This document shows positions 38,654 to 48,300 of a stretch of 64,000 nucleotides of DNA, piece by piece. How positions within the stretch are numbered: position 1 is the first letter of the stretch; each line of letters begins with the position of its first letter. Position numbers and translations under genes: made by a program. The DNA lies in NCBI GenBank assembly GCA_036528635.1, contig JAIGNE010000061.1, positions 3,778 through 67,777 of the forward strand, given 5' to 3'. Under the pieces are notes generated by a model, which had not been told where the DNA came from, ran no database searches, and worked only from the letters and a program-made list of their open reading frames with translations. Source of the DNA: Deltaproteobacteria bacterium (lineage in GTDB: Bacteria; Desulfobacterota; Syntrophia; Syntrophales; Smithellaceae).

Positions 38654-41200
38654 ATGAAGCGTGATGTCAACGACATGCTCCGGACCCTGATCCGGAATCA
38701 GGAAGCAGAAGACTCAAAAGAGGCGTCTGCCGGTGAAACACCCTGGGAACTCACGACACTGGGCGTTCCCCTGGTCCGCAGAAGCGATCAGCACTATGCC
38801 ATCGATCTCACCCATATCCGCATTTTTCGCAATCTGCATACCTTTGTCCAGCTCCTGGTGGATGAAGTCATTGAGCAGTGCGGATTCGGCACAGCCGACA
38901 TCATGGTCCGGCGCAAGGTCGATCCGAACCTGACGCCGGAGCTCGCCCGGACCGGGGTTGATTGGACCATGATCTATGTCAGGCTGGATGCGGCCGACGG
39001 CCTTCCCTTTGATTATCGTCATTTCGGCAACTGCATGCAGGTGATCTTCCGCGCTCTGCAAACCGAAAAGTGGGGCGGAATCCTCTTCCCGGAGTTCTAC
39101 GATTTAAACCCGGAAGCATCCCCGGAGGCGCCGCCCGCCCTGCTCTTTCCCTTTCATCTCCAGGATCGGGAAGAAAAAAGCGGCAATTATTTTCTGGTCG
39201 AATACAGCCGGCCCGGCCGGTTTCTGCGCATCACCATCGAGGATGCCGCCAGTTCCCGCCTGCAGCTGAAGCGAATCCCCCACCGCGTTGTCGATCCGCT
39301 TGTGCGGAGTTCTTATCTGGCGGATATTTATCCGACGGCTGAAAAAATTCATCAGGGAATGCTGCGCGAATACATGAACAACCGCTCCGAATACGTCGAA
39401 AGTCCGATCCGTCTGCCGGATTTCTTCGAGCATCTGCAAAGGGGCGGCCTGCCCGGTCTTCAAACCCTGCACTTCATGTGGCCGACGGACGACCGGCAGG
39501 TCCTTTTCCTGGAAAAAGCCGCCGCTCCCGACGCTTTGACGAAATCACTCCATCTGCTCGTGAAGGAGATCCAATTGCTGGAGGATCCCCGTATTTTGCA
39601 ACACCTCGCCCGGGGAAACATTCTGGAAATGATTTCCGGAACGTTTCATATTTTTTTCGATGTTTCCCGCTACGGCGCCTGTTTGAATGTGAGCTTTGAC
39701 GACCTGCGCACCGTATGGACCCTGGATGATTACCTGGCCCGGATGCCCGCCTTGTCGCGTTCGGTCGGACAGCACCAGAATGCCCTGCGCCGGATCAGGC
39801 TTTTCCTGATCCATCACAACACGGCGGAGGTGATCGGCCTTTTGAAAGCATTCACCGACGCCGGCTGCACAAGGCTCACCTCGTTTTTTGTCAAATATTC
39901 AGGCATCGTGCCGGAAGCCTATCTGGAAACGCTGATGTCTCTGCCCCCCGACACCTTCCGGTTTTACAGTCTGCAGAAAATCGAGTCGCGGCAGAAGCTT
40001 ACGGGCTTTTACAATTTCTCCCGCCAGTTTACGCCTCTTGCGGAACTCGCACAATTGGATCAGGCCATCCTCGAGAAAGAACTGGATTTTCTCGGGGCGA
40101 TGCGGCTGGCCTCCGGACACATTTTTTTAAAGGAGATTGAGCAGGCCAGGCGGGCGGGAGAATCGATGCTGCTGGTGGAAGACGGCGGCTATCTGGCGCC
40201 GCTCATCAACCGCTTTTGTCTGGAGCATAAAACGGTCGGCGACGTGTTTGACTATTTTCAAGCGGCCCGGCCGGCGGACGACGAAAAGCGTTCCTTTGCC
40301 GCCTGGCTTTCGGGAACATTTCTCGGCAGCGTCGAGCATACGAAAAACGGCTACGATTACAATTCAGAGGTCATGGCCGAATTCGGAAAATTGCAGTTTC
40401 CGGCGGCAACCATTGCCGTCTCCGGCCTCAAGCGGGGCCCGGAAGCCCGTGAATGCGCCCTGTCCATTATCAGCGCCACCGAAAGCATCTTAAACCGGCT
40501 GGGAAAACTTTTTTCGCGGCGGAAGATCATCATTCTCGGCTCGGCCGGCGCCATCGGCGGATTCCTGAAACAGGAGCTCTCCCGGCGCGTCGAGCAGGGA
40601 GGCCTTTTCGGCGTGGATATCGCGGCCGGGGAAAATTCACCCGGGGACGTGACCGAAGTTAAAACCGTCGATGCCCTGGGGAGAGACATCCTGACCGATG
40701 CCGACATGTTCATCGGCGTTGTCGGCGCTTCCATCCTGAAACAGAAACATATTGAGGAGATGATTCTCCATGGCCGTCGCCCGGCCGTCTTCTTCATCAG
40801 CGGCTCAACCAAGACGGTCGAATTCTCCGACCTGCAGAATTATCTGCAATCGCTGCGTGACGTGACCGATCCGCAGGTCAACGGGAAAACGGTCCAGGTT
40901 GACTTCGGCTCGCTCAGGGATCTTCAAACCGGCATCCTGCAGGGGTCCCGGGTATCGATTGCCTTCCCGGACGATCCATCGCGGAATAAAACATTCTATT
41001 TACTGGCCGAGGGGATGCCCATCAACTTTCTCTATTACGGCATCCCCGGCGAGATCGTCGATGAGGTCATGGCCCAGTTGTTTACCCTGTCCTGCGGCCT
41101 GGCTGAGCGCGAGCGATCGGGTGACCCGCTTTGTCCCGCGCTCCTCGCGGTGGATTACGATATCGATGTGAACGCCAACCCTCTTGTGCCCGCCGGTTGA
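38654..41200 (+). CDS. Hypothetical protein: unknown ~360-aa N-terminal region plus divergent S-adenosylhomocysteine-hydrolase-like domain
   Basis: Ordered SAHH-like motifs MPAL, IHHNTAE, EDGGY, VEHTKNG, FPA..IA.S.LK, ILGSAGAIG, DMFIGVVG, SGSTKTVEF, YLLAEGMPINF. Confidence 0.7.
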   Translation: MKRDVNDMLRTLIRNQEAEDSKEASAGETPWELTTLGVPLVRRSDQHYAIDLTHIRIFRNLHTFVQLLVDEVIEQCGFGTADIMVRRKVDPNLTPELARTGVDWTMIYVRLDAADGLPFDYRHFGNCMQVIFRALQTEKWGGILFPEFYDLNPEASPEAPPALLFPFHLQDREEKSGNYFLVEYSRPGRFLRITIEDAASSRLQLKRIPHRVVDPLVRSSYLADIYPTAEKIHQGMLREYMNNRSEYVESPIRLPDFFEHLQRGGLPGLQTLHFMWPTDDRQVLFLEKAAAPDALTKSLHLLVKEIQLLEDPRILQHLARGNILEMISGTFHIFFDVSRYGACLNVSFDDLRTVWTLDDYLARMPALSRSVGQHQNALRRIRLFLIHHNTAEVIGLLKAFTDAGCTRLTSFFVKYSGIVPEAYLETLMSLPPDTFRFYSLQKIESRQKLTGFYNFSRQFTPLAELAQLDQAILEKELDFLGAMRLASGHIFLKEIEQARRAGESMLLVEDGGYLAPLINRFCLEHKTVGDVFDYFQAARPADDEKRSFAAWLSGTFLGSVEHTKNGYDYNSEVMAEFGKLQFPAATIAVSGLKRGPEARECALSIISATESILNRLGKLFSRRKIIILGSAGAIGGFLKQELSRRVEQGGLFGVDIAAGENSPGDVTEVKTVDALGRDILTDADMFIGVVGASILKQKHIEEMILHGRRPAVFFISGSTKTVEFSDLQNYLQSLRDVTDPQVNGKTVQVDFGSLRDLQTGILQGSRVSIAFPDDPSRNKTFYLLAEGMPINFLYYGIPGEIVDEVMAQLFTLSCGLAERERSGDPLCPALLAVDYDIDVNANPLVPAG

Positions 41201-41246
41201 TTCCGGCGCCCGGGAAGCATCAGGCGGACAGCGCCGCAGGCAAAGC

Positions 41247-42122
41247 CTAAGGGACATCGAGAAAGTCTTTTTTCCCGGACAGGTCGTCTTGCAGAAGTTC
41301 ATCGTGCGGATCAAGTTCGATCGCCCTGGCGATATTCTGTTCTGAGGCGGCCGCATCGCCCCGGGCCCGATAGGCCTGCGCCAGACGCACATACACCCCC
41401 GGGTTCAGCGGCGTGAGCCTTCGGGATCGCTCGAGAAGAAAAATCGCTCGATCCAGGTCTCCTCCGACGATGGCCGGCATTAAAAGATAATAGGACCCCA
41501 CCGCATACAGCACCTCGGCGGAATCCGGCATTTGTTTTTGCGCTTCCTTTAAATACCGGTTGACTTCAAAATAAGCAGGGATGGCTCTCAGCATGCTTTT
41601 CTTGGTGATCGCGCCTTGTGCGCCCGTCGCCAGCATCAGACAGAGCGCCAGGTGAAAGCGCGAAAGCTCTTTTTTCTTTTCGATCATTTGCCTCGCGATC
41701 CGGTACGACCGGTCAAAATCCTTCTGCAGATACGCCAGGTGCGCCAGGGTGGTTTGCGCCGGATAAAAATCCGGATGGGTTTTGGCGACGCCGGTCAGAA
41801 CCTCGCGGCTTTCCTGATGCCGGTGATCCCGCATCAGGACGATCCCCGCAAGCAGCTTCATCTCGGGACCGGCGGGCGCCTGCTTTTCATGGTCCTGGAA
41901 TAATTTCTTCAGCTTGGACCGTTGGAATTCCCGGTAGTAAATGATCGTCAGCATGTAGATGTCCTGCGGGGTCTTATCCTTTTTATTCTCCAGGCTGACC
42001 ACCGCGTCCGGCGGCAGCCCGCAAGCCAGATCCGCCGGGCTTTTCCACTCAGAGGCAAAGGATACGGAGCAGAACAAAGAAGCCAGTATCATAAAGGGCA
42101 GAATTCTTTTCATAAGAGCCAT
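41247..42122 (-). CDS. Exported tetratricopeptide-repeat protein
   Basis: Signal peptide MKRILPFMILASLFCSVSFA; TPR-like helices (GGDLDRAIFLLERSRRLTP, VYVRLAQAY). Confidence 0.7.
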   Translation of the reverse strand: MALMKRILPFMILASLFCSVSFASEWKSPADLACGLPPDAVVSLENKKDKTPQDIYMLTIIYYREFQRSKLKKLFQDHEKQAPAGPEMKLLAGIVLMRDHRHQESREVLTGVAKTHPDFYPAQTTLAHLAYLQKDFDRSYRIARQMIEKKKELSRFHLALCLMLATGAQGAITKKSMLRAIPAYFEVNRYLKEAQKQMPDSAEVLYAVGSYYLLMPAIVGGDLDRAIFLLERSRRLTPLNPGVYVRLAQAYRARGDAAASEQNIARAIELDPHDELLQDDLSGKKDFLDVP

Positions 42123-42341
42123 ACGTACCGATGGACTTATAAGAAGAATGCCCGGGCTGTCAATGGAAAAAGACCATCGGCAGACGCCTTCCCATACCTG
42201 CTCTAACACGGCCTTTAAATCCGCTTGCTGGTTCAATCGTCCTTCGATTGAACCGAAACGTTTCGGAGCAACCAAAATGGTTGCTTAAGCAAAAGCAGCA
42301 GCCCGAAAATGATTGAACCCGCAGTGATGTGTTACCATCCA

Positions 42342-45300
42342 CTATCCACTAACACCCGGCAGGGCCACCTCGATCGTATGTTCCCGACGATCGTCAACCA
42401 GCGGCACCGCCTGGTCCGGCATGACCCGGCCGTCCTGGATCAAGGCGGGCGCTTCGTCCGCGGTCTGACGGATCGTGATATGGTAGAGGGTTTCGCCGAA
42501 ACGGTAATGCATCTTCATTTCTTTCCAGGAAGCCGGCAGGCACGGCGAAAAGCTGAGCTTGCCATCCTTCTGCGTGAGACCCATCAGCGATTCCACGATC
42601 AGCCGGTACATCCAGGCGGCAGAACCGGTAAACCAGGTCCACCCGCCGCGTCCGACATGCGGCGCGAGCGCATAGATATCGGCCGCGACAACATAGGGCT
42701 CCACTTTATAGATTTCCGCTTCTTCCGGCGACCCGGCATGACGGATCGGATTAACAATATTCAGTACATCCCAGGCGCGCTCACGATCGCCGAGTCTGGC
42801 AAAAGCCATGGCCGTCCAGATCGCCGCATGCGTGTATTGTCCGCCGTTTTCCCGCACGCCCGGCACATACCCCTTGATGTAACCCGGCTCGATCTCCGAT
42901 TTATCGAAGGGCGGATCCAGGAGCTGAACCAGTTTTGTATCCCGGTGCACAAGCATTTTATCCACCGCGTCCATGGCCAGCCGGACCCTGGCGGGGTCTC
43001 CCGCTCCGGACAGAACGGACCAGCTCTGGGCCAGCGAATCGATGCGGCATTCCGTACCGCTGCAGGATCCCAAAAGCGCGCCTTCATCGTCATAAGCGCG
43101 GAGATACCATCCGCCGTCCCAGCCGCTTTGTTCCACGTTGCGCTGAAGCTGCGCCGCTTCTTTTTCGCATAAATCAGCAAACGGCCCGTCGTCTTTCAGA
43201 CGGGCAATTGGCGCAAACTTGACGAGCACGTCGTACATAAAGAAAGCCATCCAGACGCTTTCGCCCCGGCCCTCGTCCCCCACTTTATTCATCCCGTCAT
43301 TCCAGTCGCCGGAACCCATGAGGGGCAAACCGTGAACGCCGAATTTCAGGCCTCTGTGGATGGCCCGCGTACAATGCTCATACAGGCTCGCTTTTTCATC
43401 GGTGACACCCGGCAGATCGTAGTAGGAATCTTCATCCGGCCGCACCTGCCGCCCCTCGAGAAAGCCGACGCTTTCGTTCAAAACATCCGCATCCCCGGTG
43501 GAGCTGATATAGCGGCTCGCGGCCAGCGGCAGCCACAGGTAATCGTCGGAGCATTGCGTCCGCACGCCCCGTCCGGTGGGCGGATGCCACCAGTGCTGGA
43601 CGTCGCCCTCCGGAAATTGACGGCCCGCGCATAAGAGCAGATGGCGGCGGACCAGGGCGGGTTCGGCGTAAACCAGTGCCATGACATCCTGCAACTGGTC
43701 ACGGAAACCGAAGGCGCCGCCGGACTGGTAGTAGCCGCTGCGCGCCCAGAGCCGGGAGGACAGGGTCTGATATAAAAGCCACCCATTGGTTAAAATATTC
43801 AGGGACGGATCGGGCGTTTCGATCTCGATGACGCCCAGCGTCTTTGCCCAGTAGCGCTGCACCGCGCCCAGTTCCCTTTGTGCCACCTCCGGTCCCCGGA
43901 AGCTCTTCACCGTTTTACTGGCATCGTCGGCGCCCCGCCTGCCGGTAACGCCCAGCCGGAAAATGGTTTCCTGCTCCTGTTTGTCACCCAATCCAAAAGT
44001 GACCTGGAGGGCTCCGCAGGGATCCAGGCCGGCGCCGGCCTGGCCGGACAGCTGGGCCCGCATCATCGCAGCCGGCCTCGCCATTTCGCCGTTGCGGCCG
44101 ATAAATTCGCCCCGGTCACAGGTCAACGTCCGCGACGGATCATCCACGTCAAAGAACGCCACCCGATCGGCAAAGTCCGTATTATAGGGATTTCTGGCAA
44201 AAATCGCTCCGCTTCCCGCATCCGCTTCGGTTGAGACCTGCATCATCGTTTTCGGCCGCAGGTCGCCCAGCACCCACTCCAGATAACCGGTAACGGAAAG
44301 GGTGCGTTTGCGCCCCGATTCATTCATGACTTTTAAAACCATAAATTTGACCGGCGCGGTCGCAGACACATAAATCCAAAGCTCCGACCGGATGCCGTCA
44401 CGGGTGTGCTCAAAAACGCTGTAACCGAAACCATGCCGCGAGATGTAAGGCGATTCGCCCCCCGCGGGGAGCGGCGTGGGCGACCAGACCTGCCCCGTTT
44501 CTTCATCGCGGATATAAAAGGCTTCGCCGCTGGGATCGGTGACCGGATCGTTATTCCACGGTGTGAGCCGGTATTCGTGCGCATTCTCGCTCCAGGTCGA
44601 AGCACAGCCGCTTTCGGAAATAATCGTTCCGAAATGGGGATTCGCCAGGACATTCACCCAGGGCAGCGGTGTTTTCTTTCCCGGTCTGGTCACGATCACA
44701 TATTCCCGCCCGTCGGGGCTGAATCCCCCCAGGCCGTTTCCGGAAACCAGACCGGGAAAAGCAAAGGCTTCCTCATCCCTGCTTTTCGCGTTCTGATTTT
44801 TAACCGGTTTCAGACGCGGTACGGCAATCTGAGGCGTTCTCGGGCGGCCCAGCTGTTCTTCCAGGGTTCCGTTGTCGTCCCTGATGATCACGCGGGCAAC
44901 CGCCTGAAACAGAATGCGGTCTTCGCTGGATATCTGATCACCCGGCCGCACGAAAATGCCGCCCGGCCGGTCGGCAGCCTTGTTTTCCATGCTGGTGGCA
45001 ATCAATCCCACAATCTGGTCATGCAGGGATTGCCGGTAGATGGCATTATCCTCATTCCAGATGACGAGATCGACGGCCAGGCCCTTTAAGCGCCAGTAGG
45101 CATGGGCCTGCTGGAGCTGGCGGACCAGTTCAATATTGGCATGGTCGCCGATCTGCAGGAGCACAATGGGGAGGTCCCCGGAAATGGCATAGCCCCACAA
45201 ACCGGACTGGCCGCGGCGGTTTTTCACGATGATCTTGGGATCGGCGCGCAGGAAGGAATTGGCGTAGATGACGGAGCCGGCCAGACGTCCGTATAGGTGG

Positions 45301-48300
45301 GCATCGGCCTGGGTGACGTTGATCTGCCGGAGCATGACCTGGCTGTGCGTCCAGGCCAGATTAAAGACGCGGTCGGCCAGGCGGTTGTCATTGTATTTTT
45401 CAATCAGGGCCAGCGCTTTGGCGCGGGTTTCCGCGATGCCGGAAACCATATCCACCGTCGCCGATTCTCCCGGTAAGAGTTTGATCGACCGGCGGATGGA
45501 AACGATCGGATCCAGAACGGAGCCCTCCGTGCCGGAAAGCGCGCTTACGAGGCCTGCCGGCCCGTTCATGGCCGCGGGACAAGACAGCGTATTGCCGCGG
45601 CCGATAAATGTCAGGCGGTCCGTTTCATAAGAGACTTCCGCCGGGTCCTTGCCATGCAGCGCCATGATGTGAAAAGTCCAGTAAGTGGGCTCGTCCTTGG
45701 AACGCGGTCTTCGCGTGCAGAGAATCGCCCGGCGGTCCCGGATGATTTCGGTCTGAACAAACAGGTTGGAAAACGCCGGATGGAGCGCGTCGGCCATGGG
45801 CTCGGCGATCACGACTTCGGCGTAACTGGTCAGATCGAACTCGCGGCGTTTCCGGGACCGGTTGGTGATGCGGATGCGACGGAGTTCAATGTCGTCTTCC
45901 GGTGACACGGCAATTTGCGTGTAGGTATTGATATCATCATCCCGCCTCCGGAACTCGACTTTCGATTCAGAGAAAATGGCCTCGTACCGGTCGGGCTTTT
46001 TCAGTGTCGGCTGATAGGCGTTGGACCAGAATTCTCCCGTGGCCGCATCGCGGATGTAGCAGAACGTGCCCCAGGCATCCCGGATGGCGTCTTCCCGCCA
46101 GCGCGTCACCGCCAGATTCTTCCAGCGGCTGTATCCCCCGCCGGCGTTGGTTATCATGACATGATACCGGCCGTTGGACAGCAACTGCACCTGCGGCACA
46201 GGCGTATCGGGGGTGTCGATGATCCGCGCCGGAATTTTCTGCGGGCCGGCCGCTTTCCGGATATTCGTATCGTCGGCGACCTGTCTGTAGAAGGAAACGG
46301 CTTTGGGAATGCGCTCCTGGAGTAAAAGCGTCGCCGATTGAAACATCGGCTCGGACTCAAAGCGCTTCTGCATCGGACGATTCAAGAGCAGATGGGCCAT
46401 GGCCAGCAGGCTCATCCCCTGATGATGCGCCATGAAGGACCGGACGGCAACGCTCGTCTGGCCGGCGGGTAAACGCGATTCGGTGTAATCCAGCGCTTCA
46501 TAAAAACCATACGCCCCCATCATGCCCTCCGCGGCCAGCCGCCGGAGATTCAGGCAGGCCTCCTCGGGCGCGACCATCAGCGCCAGAGCCGACGCGTAAG
46601 GCGCCACCACCAGATCGTCGGACAGTCCGCGCTTGAGGCCCAGGCCGGGAACACCGAAGGCGCGATACTGGTAGTTCAGGTGAACATCAATGATATTGTA
46701 GCCGGATTCCGAAATGCCCCAGGGGATTCCCCTTTTTCCCCCGTAAGCGATTTGCCCTTTCACCATCGCCTTGTAGGTCTGGTCCAGAAGCGTGTTTTCG
46801 TAATTCGGCATGACGAGCAGCGGCATCAGGTACTCAAACATCGACCCGTCCCAGGACAGGAGAACCGGATCGCCTCCGGGATTGGACAGCATCCGTCCCA
46901 GGGCAAACCAGTTTTCCTGCGGCAGCTGCCCTTCGGCAATGGCAATAAAGCTGCAAAACCGGGCCTCCGACGCCAGGAGATCATAGAAGCTGCCGTCCCG
47001 CCGGCGATCGCCGACACTATACCCGATCGTCAACAGCTGTCGTCCTTTATCGTAGAGGAAACTGTAATCCATGTCGGCCAGCGCCTCCGCTTTTTCAATG
47101 AGCGTCTGGACGACGGACAGCCTTTCCCGCGCGAGGAGACTTCCCTGCAAAACCAGTTTCTGAAACTCGCGGGACCACGCTTCTTCTTCGGCTGCGGCGG
47201 ATGGCCCGATGATTTCTTCCACAGCGGAAATCCACCGGGCGGACAGGTCTGCCGTTTCGCGCAGGGTGGGGATGCCGATTTCTCCCAAAAGCCTGGCAAT
47301 CGAGGCCTTCGGGACGGGGAGAGTCGCCCAGGGGCAGAGGGCGGCGAGTTCGTCCGTCGCTTCACGGCATTGCCGGGCCAGAGACTGCGCCCATCCAGAG
47401 GACTGACTTTGCGGCCCGGCCTCAATGGCCGCGGCAAGGACGGATGCCGATTGCGTCAGCATATCGAGACGCAGCCACAATTCGCCCGCCGTCGTGTGTT
47501 CCCGGGACAGGGGCATTTCCAGATGTCTTTTAAATTGGGCCAATTCCTTTTTGGGCACAGAGCCGGCAACTTCTTGAAGGACGTGATAGGTGCCGGTAAT
47601 ACCTTCCCATAATCGCTCCCCCGATATTTTCCGGTCGGAAAGCGCGATCAGCCCCTGCTTCAACGTCAGCAGGTAGCCGCAAAGATTCCCGCTGTCCACG
47701 GTCGATATATAATGCGGCGGCAGTGTTTTTAAGCTTTGCGTATCATACCAGTTGTAAAAATGTCCCCGGTGGCGATCCAGTTTTTCCATCGTGTCGAAAG
47801 CGTTGGCGGTGCGCCGGACGAATTGGCCCGGCGTCACGTAGCCGAAATCACAGGCGGCCAAATTCGCGAGCAGCGCCAGTCCCATGTTGGTGGGCGACGT
47901 GCGATGCGCAGTCACCGGGCCGGGATTCTCCTGATAGTTGTCGGGAGGCAGCCAGTGATCCCCGGCGGCGACAAACGTTTCGAAAAATGCCCAGGTTCTG
48001 CGGGCCGCTTTTTCCAGAAAGATGATTTGTTCATCCTCCAGAGTAATCCCTTCTTTGACGGAAGGCGTGCTCACCCGCCAGACAATGAATGGAGAGAGAA
48101 ACCAGAGGACAAGCACAGGCAGGGCGGCCCACAACGCCCCGCGCTCCGCCATCAGAAGATAGGAAAGCGTCAGGACGGACAGGACAGGCGCGGTCCACAT
48201 GGACCTGCAGGATTCGGCCAGGCCGTTTGCGGCGCGATGCGACTGATTGTGGGAGGGATTCCATTCCAGCAGCCGCTTGTGCGTCACCAGCATCCGCCAG

